This document shows positions 1 through 9,745 of a DNA stretch of 64,000 nucleotides, one piece after another. How positions within the stretch are numbered: position 1 is the first letter of the stretch; the number at the start of each line of letters is the position of its first letter. Origin of the DNA: Nitrospirota bacterium (GTDB lineage Bacteria; Nitrospirota; UBA9217); NCBI GenBank assembly GCA_963740085.1, contig CAVUCU010000001.1:256001-320000 (forward strand). Reading direction: 5' to 3'. The translations under genes were made by a program, and so were the position numbers. The notes beneath the pieces are model-generated. The model was given only the letters and a program-made list of their open reading frames with translations, did not search any database and was not told the origin of the DNA.

Positions 1-285
1 GGCGTCCGGCTCATACAGGTCAAGGGCTGCATCGCCTGCCATACAACGGATGGTACGCCGAAGATCGGGCCGACTTTCAAAGGTGTCTTTGGAAGGAAGG
101 AGACCGTAGTCCGCGATGGGAAGGAACGGGAGATCGTCGTTGACGAATCCTTCATTAAACAGTCGATCCTTCAGCCGGAACTTGATCGGGTTAAGGGCTT
201 TCCTCCGATCATGCCTTCACAAAAAGGTGTTCTCTCGGACGCTGAGGTCGATGCGATTACTGATTATTTGAAAGCATTGAAGTAA
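1..285 (+). CDS. coxB: Cytochrome c oxidase subunit II, C-terminal cytochrome c domain (5' partial)
   Basis: Frame 1 translates GVRLIQVKGCIACHTTDGTPKIGPTFKG...MPSQKG...YLKALK*. It has a CxxCH heme motif and a distal Met, and lies directly upstream of heme o synthase. Confidence 0.75.
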   Translation, partial: GVRLIQVKGCIACHTTDGTPKIGPTFKGVFGRKETVVRDGKEREIVVDESFIKQSILQPELDRVKGFPPIMPSQKGVLSDAEVDAITDYLKALK

Positions 286-367
286 GCTTTTCTGCGGTAA
301 AGCCCCCTTTTGTGAACGCAGCTCGGGGACGATTTATAGTAATGATCCTGAAATAACCTCCTGGATC

Positions 368-460
368 GTCATCCGGTGAAAAGAGGAACTCAGAGTCCTG
401 TCAAACGTCACTGGATTCCCCGGAACATATGCTGGGCAGGCTTATCAAGCCCGGAATGGC
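368..460. repeat. Degenerate REP-like palindromic element (GTCATCCGG...CTGGATTCCCCG...CCGGAATGGC)
   Basis: Imperfect inverted repeat in the coxB-ctaB gap, resembling the element at 38908. Confidence 0.4.
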
Positions 461-491
461 GACAGGGCGAATGATTGCCTTCATAAATTCC

Positions 492-1361
492 ATGTTATTT
501 TTAAAACGATACCTCATACTATGCCGGATCACTATTTCCCTCTTCACCGCTGCTTCCGCGGCAACAGGGTTCCTCCTCGTCCCCCATCACCGGATCACCG
601 CTGTATTTGTCGTTGCTCTTGCGGTATTTCTTCTGGCCTGCGGAGCGTCTGCCTTGAACCAGTACCAGGAGCATGACGTCGACGCGAGGATGGAACGAAC
701 CCGCAAAAGGCCCCTCCCGTCCGGAAGCATTTCCCCGTCTCAAGCCGTGGCCCTCTCTCTTGCACTGGTCCTCGCGGGACTGGCCCTCCTTGCGTACGCG
801 GGTGGTGCGAAGGCGGCGCTCCTGGGTCTCTTCGCTCTTCTCTGGTATAACGGCATCTATACCTATCTTAAGAAGAAGACGGCCTTCGCCGCCGTTCCGG
901 GCGCGGCCGTGGGCATGGTTCCCCCGGCCATCGGCTGGGTATCGGCGGGCGGCGCCCTGCTCGACCTTCGTATCGCCGCGGTTTGTTTTATCTTCTTCAT
1001 GTGGCAGGTCCCTCACTTCTGGCTTCTCCTCCTGCGCCATGGACAGGAATATGAAAAAGCCGGGCTGCCGTCGCTCACCACGGTGATGAGCAAGTCACAG
1101 ATCGCGCACATCACCTATGCCTGGATCTTCTCCGCAGCGGTCGCAACCTTGCTGCTTCCGCTCTATGGCGTTGTCAGGTCGCCGGTCCTATACGTTGCTT
1201 TCGTTCCGTCCGCCGCATGGCTTGTCTGGAGCGTGAGGTATCTCGCTGCACAACGACCGCTGCTTTCTTCCTCCCCCCTGCTTTTCAGAAAAATAAATGT
1301 CTACCTCTTCCTTATCATGTCACTGCTCGTTCTCGAGAACATATTTTTCAGTACGCCATGA
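492..1361 (+). CDS. ctaB: Protoheme IX farnesyltransferase (heme o synthase), UbiA family
   Basis: Motifs NQYQEHDVDARMERTRKRPLPSG, YTYLKKKT and WQVPHF; multi-TM. ATG 492 preferred over 429. Confidence 0.9.
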   Translation: MLFLKRYLILCRITISLFTAASAATGFLLVPHHRITAVFVVALAVFLLACGASALNQYQEHDVDARMERTRKRPLPSGSISPSQAVALSLALVLAGLALLAYAGGAKAALLGLFALLWYNGIYTYLKKKTAFAAVPGAAVGMVPPAIGWVSAGGALLDLRIAAVCFIFFMWQVPHFWLLLLRHGQEYEKAGLPSLTTVMSKSQIAHITYAWIFSAAVATLLLPLYGVVRSPVLYVAFVPSAAWLVWSVRYLAAQRPLLSSSPLLFRKINVYLFLIMSLLVLENIFFSTP

Positions 1362-1753
1362 TGAGCGACCGCGCTGCTGCAGCTGAAAAGCTCAAACAAC
1401 TCTTGATCGAATCTTCACCGCTTATCGAGGAATATACCGCTGCGGTCTGTCCGGATTGCAAGGCCGTCTGCTGCAGACAGAAGCATGGACTATTTCGGGA
1501 GGGTGATAGAGCGTATCTGAAGGCGCTCGGTGTTCCCGAGCCGCGACGTGATGAGTCAAGGCCGCTGGAAGGACCTTGTGAATTGATGGGACCACGGGGT
1601 TGCGATCAACCGCGATGGCTGCGGCCCTTAAAATGCACCTGGTATTTCTGCGAACACCTTCTCAAAGCCCTGAACGACGGCCCTGCCCGAAAGGCAAGAC
1701 GACTGTCCGCCCTGCTCCAGGAGATAGCGGACATTTATCGCGAACTGGCGTAA
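1358..1753 (+). CDS. Cys-rich hypothetical protein (CxxCxxxCC, YkgJ-like putative Zn/Fe-S)
   Basis: CPDCKAVCC...C...GC...RPLKCTWYFC; ATGA overlap with the ctaB stop. Confidence 0.65.
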   Translation: MMSDRAAAAEKLKQLLIESSPLIEEYTAAVCPDCKAVCCRQKHGLFREGDRAYLKALGVPEPRRDESRPLEGPCELMGPRGCDQPRWLRPLKCTWYFCEHLLKALNDGPARKARRLSALLQEIADIYRELA

Positions 1754-1844
1754 GGACAGGTCCTGGACCGACAGTGAACGCCATTCTCCCAAAAGCGCAG
1801 CGTAAATAGGGGAAAAGCATGATCTGAACCGCGTCAACGTTCGA

Positions 1845-1873
1845 TTGACATCTCCGGAAAATTATCTTATGCT
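1845..1873 (+). promoter_or_regulatory. Sigma70-type promoter
   Basis: TTGACA-17 nt-TATGCT upstream of ORF 1906. Confidence 0.55.
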
Positions 1874-1905
1874 CATGACAGCGCTGAAGCGGGAGGATTT
1901 GACCT

Positions 1906-2376
1906 ATGAGATTGTTTCTGATATGTTCCGTGGTTGTTCTGATCCTCGTTGTCCGCGGCGCCTCTGCAGGCGGGCTCCGGGAGATCGAGCTGAGAGACGG
2001 CAGTATCATCACCGGAGATGTCGTTTCCCTGAGCAATGGAATTTACACGATCAAGTCCGATAGCCTCGGTACGGTCAGGATCGAAGAATCAAAGATCAAT
2101 GTGATCCGGCCAAAATCATCTGCTCAAGGCGCAGGAGCAATGCAGAGCGCTGCCGGCGAGGTACGGTCCATCCAGACCAGGATGATGAACGATCAGGAGG
2201 TCCTGGGTTTGATCAAGTCCCTGCAAAATGACCCTGATTTTAAAAAGATACTGGAAGACCCCGACATTTTGAAAGCGGTCAATGACGGCGATATCCCGGC
2301 ACTCATGGCCAATCCAAAGTTCTCGAAACTGCTGAACAACTCCACCGTGCAGGAGATCCAAAAGAAGGTCAAATAA
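1906..2376 (+). CDS. Exported hypothetical protein with STI1/DP-like helical C-terminus
   Basis: Signal peptide, LRDGSIITG beta-motif, repeated NDP/EDP helices; GGAGGA RBS. Confidence 0.65.
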   Translation: MRLFLICSVVVLILVVRGASAGGLREIELRDGSIITGDVVSLSNGIYTIKSDSLGTVRIEESKINVIRPKSSAQGAGAMQSAAGEVRSIQTRMMNDQEVLGLIKSLQNDPDFKKILEDPDILKAVNDGDIPALMANPKFSKLLNNSTVQEIQKKVK

Positions 2377-2546
2377 CGCGTATCGGAACAGGCATAACTA
2401 CGCGATCATCCTTCGGAATGCGCAATTATCACCTGATATATTGACATCTTGACCCCGTTATTGCTTAACCTCACAGAGTATTCACTGAAAATAACGTGCC
2501 CTCGAGCATAGGTACCCGTTCTTTTTCATGGGGTGCAATAACGGGG

Positions 2547-2575
2547 TTGACAACCCTCCGCATTACAGGTACTAT
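2547..2575 (+). promoter_or_regulatory. Sigma70-type promoter of purMN
   Basis: TTGACA-17 nt-TACTAT. Confidence 0.65.
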
Positions 2576-2602
2576 CTCCGAAAAATCGAGAAGGGAAACA
2601 CC

Positions 2603-3634
2603 ATGGCAATAACCTACAAAGAAGCTGGTGTGGACATCGATGCAGGCGACCTCTTCGTTGAGAAGATAAAACCTTACGTCAAATCCACGTTCAGGCCCGA
2701 GGTCATGACGCACATCGGCGGGTTCGGCGGGCTCTTTGCACTCAAAAAATACAAGGCCCCGGTCCTCGTTTCCGGCACCGACGGCGTTGGTACCAAGCTC
2801 AAGATCGCCTTTCTCATGAACCGGCACGATACCGTGGGGATAGATCTCGTTGCCATGTGCGTGAACGACATCATCGTCCAGGGAGCCGAGCCGCTCTTCT
2901 TCCTCGACTATTTTGCCATGGGCAGGCTGAAACCGCAGGAGCACGCCGACATCGTCAAGGGCATTGCGGAAGGCTGCAGGCAGGCCGGCTGTGCGCTCAT
3001 CGGAGGCGAGACCGCGGAAATGCCCTCCTTCTACAGCGAGAATGAATACGACCTCGCGGGTTTCGCCGTGGGCGTCGTTGAAAAACAAAAGATCATCAAC
3101 GGATCAAAGATCAAGCCGGGCAACGCGCTCATCGGCCTCGCCTCTTCAGGTCTCCACAGCAACGGCTTTTCGCTCGTGCGCAAGGTCCTGCTCGAACGAT
3201 CCGGCTACGGTGTGAACGACACCCTTTCCGAACTCGCCAACAGGCCACTGGGCGAGGTGCTGCTGACGCCGACAAGGATCTACGCGAAATCCGTTATGGC
3301 CCTGATGAAGGATTTCGATATCCGCGGTATGGCGCACATCACCGGCGGCGGCATCACCGGGAACACACCGCGCATGCTTCCGAAAGGAACACAGGCCCTG
3401 ATCCGTAAAGGGACCTGGGACATTCATCCCATCTTTCCCCTGGTCAGAAAGAAGGCCGGCGTGAACGACGACGAGATGTACCGGGACTTCAATATGGGTA
3501 TCGGCATGATCCTCGCGGTGCCGGCAAAACAGGCTGAAGCGGTGATGAAGAAGGCAAAGAAACTCGGCGAGACGGCGTATCTCATCGGCGAGATCGTAAC
3601 AGGCAGGCAGGGTGTGAAGTACGAAGAAAGATAG
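2603..3634 (+). CDS. purM: Phosphoribosylformylglycinamidine cyclo-ligase (AIR synthase)
   Basis: TYKEAGVDI, GTDGVGTK, GGETAEMP, HITGGG, FNMGIG; ATG 2603 follows AAGGG. Confidence 0.97.
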   Translation: MAITYKEAGVDIDAGDLFVEKIKPYVKSTFRPEVMTHIGGFGGLFALKKYKAPVLVSGTDGVGTKLKIAFLMNRHDTVGIDLVAMCVNDIIVQGAEPLFFLDYFAMGRLKPQEHADIVKGIAEGCRQAGCALIGGETAEMPSFYSENEYDLAGFAVGVVEKQKIINGSKIKPGNALIGLASSGLHSNGFSLVRKVLLERSGYGVNDTLSELANRPLGEVLLTPTRIYAKSVMALMKDFDIRGMAHITGGGITGNTPRMLPKGTQALIRKGTWDIHPIFPLVRKKAGVNDDEMYRDFNMGIGMILAVPAKQAEAVMKKAKKLGETAYLIGEIVTGRQGVKYEER

Positions 3635-3671
3635 GGTTCAAGGTTCAGGTCCCCACGCTCAAGGAGTTTTC

Positions 3672-4322
3672 ATGCACAAAGTACGCATCGGCGTTCTCGT
3701 TTCCGGTCGCGGTTCGAACCTCCAGGCCATCATAGACAATATTGGAAAAGGCCTTCTCCCGGCCGAGATCGCTGTCGTGATCAGCGACCGGCCCGATGCG
3801 TATTCCCTCGAGCGCGCACGCAAGCACGACATCCCCGCCATCCATATAAGCGCTAAAGGGTACCGGGGAAAACGGGACGAATACGACGCCTTGCTCGTAA
3901 AAGAGCTCAAAAAAAATAACGCGGAACTTGTCTGCCTCGCGGGTTTTATGCGCATTATTACGCCGACCCTCATCAAGGCATTCTCCAACAGGATCCTGAA
4001 CATCCACCCCGCCCTCCTGCCCGCATTCCCCGGTCTCCATGTGCAGAAAGCTGCTCTGGACCACGGCGTTAAGTTCTCGGGCTGTACTGTTCACTTTGTT
4101 GACGAAGGCATGGATACCGGCCCGATCATCATCCAGGCTGTAGTGCCCATCCTTGACAACGACACCGAGGACAGCCTGTCGGAACGCATCCTTAAGCAGG
4201 AGCACAAGATATATTCCCGGGCCATCCAATTGTACGCCGAGGGAAGGCTGAAGATCGAGGGAAGGCGGGTCCTCGTCATTGGCGGGAAAGCGATCGCTGA
4301 CGAATTTTTATTGAACCCCTGA
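3672..4322 (+). CDS. purN: Phosphoribosylglycinamide formyltransferase
   Basis: SGRGSNLQA, LAGFMRI, NIHPALLP, GCTVHFVD, DTGPII. Confidence 0.97.
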   Translation: MHKVRIGVLVSGRGSNLQAIIDNIGKGLLPAEIAVVISDRPDAYSLERARKHDIPAIHISAKGYRGKRDEYDALLVKELKKNNAELVCLAGFMRIITPTLIKAFSNRILNIHPALLPAFPGLHVQKAALDHGVKFSGCTVHFVDEGMDTGPIIIQAVVPILDNDTEDSLSERILKQEHKIYSRAIQLYAEGRLKIEGRRVLVIGGKAIADEFLLNP

Positions 4323-4865
4323 CCCGGACCAACACGCAGAAACCGATATGCCGCGTTGGACACCCCCTCTTTATTAAAGTTATTTTAATTCCTGCCGCTC
4401 TTTCTGGTCCACTCTTTCTGTCGTAGCAAATCTGCAACTAAGCTTTCAAATAATCTATTTTACCAAACACCTGTCCTGTTGCGATCAAAGAGTGAAGTCG
4501 GTTTTGAGATTAAGGCGCATGGTTGCCGCAATATCGATGCGGTGTTCGCTTGGGCAGTCCAAGCGATCATTTCCCTGTTGCCGAAAAGAAGAAGATGAGC
4601 AGAATATCGATGTGCAGGGGTAACCGTGCCGTCCATAGCAAAGACGCGAGACCGCGGATTCAAGATGCGACCCTATTGTCGCGAGGCGTCAAGGACTTCA
4701 CGCACTAGCCGCCGTATCCGCCAGCATGCGGAACTTCTTTTCACTCTATCACTGCCTTGTGATGAACGCCTACTATTCTGGAACGGATGATTTGTCAACG
4801 GAGTTGCAGAAAACTGGATGAAATCTATACATGCGCGAACAGGGTGTCAATAGATTCTCAGCCAA

Positions 4866-4892
4866 TAAAAAAGCCCCCTTTTCCCGGAGGCC
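4866..4892 (-). terminator. Possible intrinsic terminator downstream of the pagL-like gene
   Basis: Minus strand GCCTCC-GGGAAAA-GGGGGC followed by TTTTTT. Confidence 0.4.
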
Positions 4893-5051
4893 GCATGCCC
4901 TTTTTATGCCCGTCAGACCGAGAACCTGCCATATTACCCCATACCCTGCCAACACAGGAAGCAGGATTACTCCTCGTCCCCAGGATTGCGCGCTTAAAGT
5001 AATTAATCAGATACCCATAACATCAAATCGCACATAGGTTGCAGCACCATG

Positions 5052-5789
5052 TTACTGAGTCCAAGTGAACGCATACCCCACGTAGAATAAATTAGAATCC
5101 ACACCCGGATTCTGGGGGGCGGTGTATCCGTTGGAGATGTGCTGATATTTATATCCGAGGACGATCGATTGGTTCTCTAAATGCCAGATTTCGAACCCCC
5201 CGCCAAATCCGAATGTGAAATTAAAATTTGAAGATCCGGCCACCGGCACGTTTTCCGTAAAGTAGAGGACCCCGGCCGTTCCGTTGACGTAAGGTTGGAG
5301 CACGGAACCCCGTCGGAAGTTCATCTGCAACCCAATCGGAGAAATACCGGCACCATAGATCTTCTCTTTTGAGCCGGGTAAATCAACTGGATTTCCGTTC
5401 TCTGCAGAACCCTGCTGCGGCTGCTTGATGAGCACCACAGGAATGATTTCAGCAGTGTATTTCAGCGCCCAGTTGTCGCCCGTTTTCAGGACGCGCGCAT
5501 ATTGCACGTTAAACTCAAATAAAGGGCGGTCTGTGGTACGCCCGATCAGCGTGGGATTATCCGCAGAATATCCCCCCCAGAAGCCCAGTTGGCTAGTGCC
5601 CAGTTCGAGCGACTTTCCCTGATTCCTCGACACGTCAGCTCTCTGAGCGTTGGGGGAAACCGAATCCTGCGCAGTAGCCACAGTGACAAAAATAAGCAAG
5701 AAAAGGAACGTAAGTAAACATTTCCGTGCCGGGGAACCAGTGAGTAAATCGGTAAATAGTTTTAGCGTCATTCTGGACTGAACTCTCAA
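5052..5789 (-). CDS. Lipid A 3-O-deacylase PagL-like outer-membrane beta-barrel (acyloxyacyl hydrolase)
   Basis: Signal peptide, alternating beta strands, YQHISNG (H-x-S) and NPGVD motifs near the C-terminus. Start may be 5771. Confidence 0.75.
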   Translation of the reverse strand: MRVQSRMTLKLFTDLLTGSPARKCLLTFLFLLIFVTVATAQDSVSPNAQRADVSRNQGKSLELGTSQLGFWGGYSADNPTLIGRTTDRPLFEFNVQYARVLKTGDNWALKYTAEIIPVVLIKQPQQGSAENGNPVDLPGSKEKIYGAGISPIGLQMNFRRGSVLQPYVNGTAGVLYFTENVPVAGSSNFNFTFGFGGGFEIWHLENQSIVLGYKYQHISNGYTAPQNPGVDSNLFYVGYAFTWTQ

Positions 5790-6040
5790 TCTGGAATGTT
5801 ATTTTTTCAAAATATGAAAACTTTTAATGATACGGGATGTACTTGTGATTGAATACTTCAATTAGAATACTTCGCGTCATTCAGAATATATCAAAACCAT
5901 AGACCACCCACGACTCTGCGTCGCCAATATTCTGACAACGGCAAAAAATACCGGTTGTATCATGCACAGGACCCGCATGTTGGCACATTGTGGCGGGCTA
6001 CACGCTCTTTTACCCAACCTACTCACTCAAATATCCCACA

Positions 6041-6403
6041 TCACCTTCGGGGCCGCACCACCAGTACGCGTCCTGATTTTGAAGCGTCACGAATTACTGG
6101 GCGCGCATTACCAAATTTGAAATTGAAGACATAGGCGGACGAAAGATCCAAACACTCATTAGTCCATGCCCACTTTTCATCAATGTCAAATGCAGGATCA
6201 GCATTCCCATTAAAAGATTTATAAAGGTCTATAAGTTCCGATCTTGTCGGCAGTCTCCACCCGCCGCCATCCAAAGTAAGGCCTTTGGCATAATCTTCGG
6301 CTTCATAGTGATCCATTGATTGCCCCTTTGGCGAAGCCCACTGAAGACCAAGCCAGGAATCCTTGATCACACTACATTGAACAGAGCTAGATTTATCAGA
6401 CAT
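6041..6403 (-). CDS. DUF1566 (Lcl C-terminal) domain protein
   Basis: GLQW...A..YA..L...GGWRLPTRSEL..L...WT...VRP signature; AAGGAGG RBS. Confidence 0.8.
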   Translation of the reverse strand: MSDKSSSVQCSVIKDSWLGLQWASPKGQSMDHYEAEDYAKGLTLDGGGWRLPTRSELIDLYKSFNGNADPAFDIDEKWAWTNECLDLSSAYVFNFKFGNARPVIRDASKSGRVLVVRPRR

Positions 6404-6467
6404 GTGATTTCCTCCTTGATTAATTGGCTCGCTTATTCCCTTTTGAAAATATGAATAAGCATAACGA

Positions 6468-7268
6468 TTAATAAAGGCTCATTAACGTTAAGACCTCGGA
6501 ACATGCCTTTCGGGAAACATCGCGAAATCTTTGTTGGAAATCTTTAAAATTAAAGCCTTCCTGTAATTCAGGAATATTATACTTAGTACCACCCCATCCA
6601 TAACCTGTCCATCCTATGGATATCTTTTCATTTGAGGACGTGTTGTTCAATTTCATCATTAGGCCTAAACGAATATAATTTTTTTTAAAATACAACCCAA
6701 AATCAAAGATTTCTAAATACCAATCCGAATTTATTTGAGGATGATTTTTTTTGTATTCAATAAGGGAAAAATCCGTATCGCGGAAATCACGCCAAATGCT
6801 TTCCCAATCCGAACTCCAGTATGAATTAGTTTCAGTGAAAATTCTGGGATCTTCTTTACGTAGGCGGTCGGCACCTGGTATTTCACTTAATTCTCCAATT
6901 GACGAATTAACAATAGTTACCTTAGAACTATTTTTAAAAACCTTTATACACTCTTCGGCAGTGGTCAAGGAAGGATTCCATGCCCCTCCAGCGTCATTAT
7001 TGAAATTTGCAGCTAATCTACCTCTTTCGTTCGATGTGGCTGCCTGATTAGCTGCATTTATAAGTGTGCTAAAAGGTACTAGAACACCAACACCATTCGC
7101 TTCTATCTTTATTGGACTTGATTTGTAAGGAATTACTGTAATATTATGGGTTGTTTTTAGCTCATCTTGTGAAATAGTCGCTTTGCCAAAACTGGCAACA
7201 CTGCATGCAGTTGTTATGGTACAAAAAAAAACCAGCAAAACGATCTTACTTATTCTATTTGTCATCAT
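6468..7268 (-). CDS. Hypothetical lipoprotein, AT-rich
   Basis: ATG 7268 follows AAGGAG; signal peptide with lipobox-like TTAC. Confidence 0.65.
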   Translation of the reverse strand: MMTNRISKIVLLVFFCTITTACSVASFGKATISQDELKTTHNITVIPYKSSPIKIEANGVGVLVPFSTLINAANQAATSNERGRLAANFNNDAGGAWNPSLTTAEECIKVFKNSSKVTIVNSSIGELSEIPGADRLRKEDPRIFTETNSYWSSDWESIWRDFRDTDFSLIEYKKNHPQINSDWYLEIFDFGLYFKKNYIRLGLMMKLNNTSSNEKISIGWTGYGWGGTKYNIPELQEGFNFKDFQQRFRDVSRKACSEVLTLMSLY

Positions 7269-7375
7269 TAAATGCTCCTTCTTATGTTCTTTTGGTAGCG
7301 CCGCAGTTGTAAACGCAATTCGTAACAATGCTTCAACCGCCCAGAATCAGCTTTTAGGCAATTTGCTAGACTTAT

Positions 7376-8098
7376 TTACTGTGCAAGATTGATATCTCCA
7401 TTGTACTTATTGTTGGAGTTATTCCACGGAGGCAGAATTGATTTTTCAATGACAACATTTATTAATCCGGGGTATGCAGTATTGAACAGTTTCACATCCT
7501 CCTCATAATTATCGGTAATCGTAACCTCCAAAAAACCAGAAGGATAAAAGCCCACGGTTGCTTGGTCAATAAAACTCAACAACCCACCCGACAGCGATTG
7601 ACAACTTGATTCCTCTCCATCCTTCTTTTCACGAATAACAGCATCTATATGTCCTAAATAAACTACCGAGTTTGGTTTGATGTTTTTTTGCATGTTTAGA
7701 TTTATAAGACACTTTGCACTTAATGCAACATTATTATATACCATCTGAAGATATTGAAAATGGTGGATGCCCGGATTAAGACTGAAGCTTAGAAGGTACT
7801 CATTGTAACTATCAGGTTCGCTTTGGTAAGGCTTGTCAGTTTCAAATATATATTTCCGCATTGCCATTGGTATCGTTGAAGGATTATCCTTGGGAACAAT
7901 AAACGCATGGTCAATGTTTGGCTGATAGGTAGGTTTATTTTTGTTTGATATTTTGACAGAAAGCAATGCAATTGATTTTTTAGAAGTGTCAATGCTGGAC
8001 TGACCGTCAGCGAGTGCCATATGTGATATCTTGAAGCAACCAGACAAGCTTAATGCAAGCAGCAAACATATTACAGTCGACTTAATGCCATTCCTCAT
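7376..8098 (-). CDS. Hypothetical lipoprotein, AT-rich
   Basis: Signal peptide with LSGC lipobox; AAGGAG RBS. Confidence 0.7.
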   Translation of the reverse strand: MRNGIKSTVICLLLALSLSGCFKISHMALADGQSSIDTSKKSIALLSVKISNKNKPTYQPNIDHAFIVPKDNPSTIPMAMRKYIFETDKPYQSEPDSYNEYLLSFSLNPGIHHFQYLQMVYNNVALSAKCLINLNMQKNIKPNSVVYLGHIDAVIREKKDGEESSCQSLSGGLLSFIDQATVGFYPSGFLEVTITDNYEEDVKLFNTAYPGLINVVIEKSILPPWNNSNNKYNGDINLAQ

Positions 8099-8640
8099 TT
8101 CACCTTCTCCTTTATGATATAATCTACTTGTCCTGATCTTGCCTTACATCGTGCACTCACAAAGATACATTCCGGGTCCAAATTGCAAAGTTGCAAACTT
8201 GGCAGCAGGCTTTCCTTTAAGCTTGCAATCCTGACCCCACTTGATCCATCTTGTAAATGCAATCGGATTTCGCTTTGCTTTACCCAACCTGCCATTTTCA
8301 CAACTGACGCTAAATGCCGCTAGATTAGGCTGTATGCAGCGAAATGTCAACTAATTAGGTGGGGTATTAGGTGGGGTATTTAGGTAGGGTATATTAAGGG
8401 TATGCGCTATTGAATTCTGGTTGATAATTACATTGTTGCTAAGAACGGAAACTCGTTTGATACAGGAAGTTTTAGTGGTTACAAATAACCGCAACGATAA
8501 TAAATTCTCAAGGTAGTGTATTCTACGCAATTAATACTGTCAATATTTTTAATATTGCAATGTCTATTTATTTGCATTCCTGATAACGCAAACCTGCTTT
8601 TCTCACTTCTGCCAAACAGATTGAAATCTGTTTATCATTA

Positions 8641-8674
8641 ATTCAAACAGTTACCTGTTGGCACGCAACCTGCA
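8641..8674 (+). promoter_or_regulatory. Sigma54 (-24/-12) promoter with adjacent IHF-like site
   Basis: TTGGCACGCAACCTGCA at 8658-8674 matches YTGGCACG-N4-TTGCW. ATTCAAACAGTTA at 8641-8653 has 1 mismatch to WATCAANNNNTTR. Confidence 0.75.
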
Positions 8675-8708
8675 ATATATCAGGCAAGACTGAGCGAAAA
8701 AGGAGGAC

Positions 8709-9038
8709 ATGACCATGAAGACCACAATAGCAAGAAAGACAGCATACATCGGGGCAGGCGCAGGACTGGTGCTCTTCGCGCTCTTCGGGCTTATGCCCGG
8801 CAGCCTGTTAGGCGGTGCCATGGGTATCAATATTGCGGGATGGCTATTCGGGCTTCCCCTCCATCCAGGACTCGTAGCCAGGGTCATCGTGCTCGCATCC
8901 ATGCTTATGGGTGTTCTCGTATCCGGCATCGTGATGGTGACAGCCACATCGACCATTGGTTGGCTCGTGGGCAAGGTCCTGGAACCGGGCACTCATCCCA
9001 AGGAAGAGGCTGGCGAAGCAAAGGCTGCACACAGATAG
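8709..9038 (+). CDS. Gly-rich small membrane protein
   Basis: AGGAGG RBS; GAGAGLVLFALFGLMPGSLLGG hydrophobic Gly-zipper helices. Confidence 0.8.
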   Translation: MTMKTTIARKTAYIGAGAGLVLFALFGLMPGSLLGGAMGINIAGWLFGLPLHPGLVARVIVLASMLMGVLVSGIVMVTATSTIGWLVGKVLEPGTHPKEEAGEAKAAHR

Positions 9039-9085
9039 CAACCGCGATCAAAGACTATACAGCTGAGGCTGAAAGGAGATTTGCC

Positions 9086-9397
9086 ATGAAGAACGAGACA
9101 GTAAAAACAGGGATGAAGATCGGTGCAACTGCAGGTGGTTTGGTCTTCCTGGTGTTCGGGATCATGCCGGGATTCTACTTCGGGAGCTTCGGGACCTTGA
9201 TCCTGCTCCAGAAGCTCATGGGTGGTGCGGTCGAACCCACGCTTTTTGTCAGGGCGGCTGTGGTAATGGGCATCATAGTGGGGATAGCCTGCGCGGCAAC
9301 GGTAAGCCTCATTGTCGGCGGCCTGATCGGCACGGTTTTGGGATATATCGTGTCCTTACCGTCAGCGGGAAGAGAGAAAGCGGCAGAGAAAGCATAA
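9086..9397 (+). CDS. Gly-rich small membrane protein, paralog of the upstream gene
   Basis: AAAGGAG RBS; GATAGGLVFLVFGIMPGFYFG aligns with the previous ORF. Confidence 0.8.
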   Translation: MKNETVKTGMKIGATAGGLVFLVFGIMPGFYFGSFGTLILLQKLMGGAVEPTLFVRAAVVMGIIVGIACAATVSLIVGGLIGTVLGYIVSLPSAGREKAAEKA

Positions 9398-9437
9398 GCG
9401 CAAACAAGTAGTCGTTCATAGTGAATGATAAATTGGA

Positions 9438-9461
9438 GGGGCAGCCCCGAGTGGCTGCCCC
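9438..9461 (+). terminator. Stem-loop after the Gly-rich pair
   Basis: Perfect 9-bp stem GGGGCAGCC-ccgagt-GGCTGCCCC; U-tract is weak. Confidence 0.5.
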
Positions 9462-9745
9462 CGTATCAACTTTACGTACTGATCGCCTCCCAAGCGCTCG
9501 AGTGCGGACGATAATCTATGCGCTCTCTCCACCTCGATATACATATTCTGGTCCGCGTAAGGAGTTGACGGATAAGGTGAGCGTCATCGTTGTTGTCTTC
9601 GACTAATAATAGTCTAATCTGGTTCTCAGCAGCCATAGTTTCACCTCGTGCGTCAGCCTTGAATGTCTACCCGTCTTATCCTCCTATCAGTGCAACACCG
9701 ACGTGAGAGGCGATACCAGGATGATAAAGTTCGCGGTCAATTTCT

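Noticed and set aside
2380-2600. Purine or ZTP riboswitch upstream of purM
   Set aside because: No conserved motif was recognised, and the promoter lies only about 27 nt before the ATG.
4745-4775. Fluoride riboswitch-like 3' motif (ACTGCC...TGATGAACGCCTAC)
   Set aside because: The required 5' GGnGATGG...CC strand is absent and no crcB-like gene follows.
4330-5040. Short ORFs and a possible IS end (AAGGACTTCACGCACTAG) after purN
   Set aside because: No RBS or motifs, no partner inverted repeat and no transposase remnant recognisable.
6404-7375. Integron attC sites between the AT-rich co-oriented genes
   Set aside because: No convincing RYYYAAC...GTTRRRY pair with internal palindrome, and no intI in the window.
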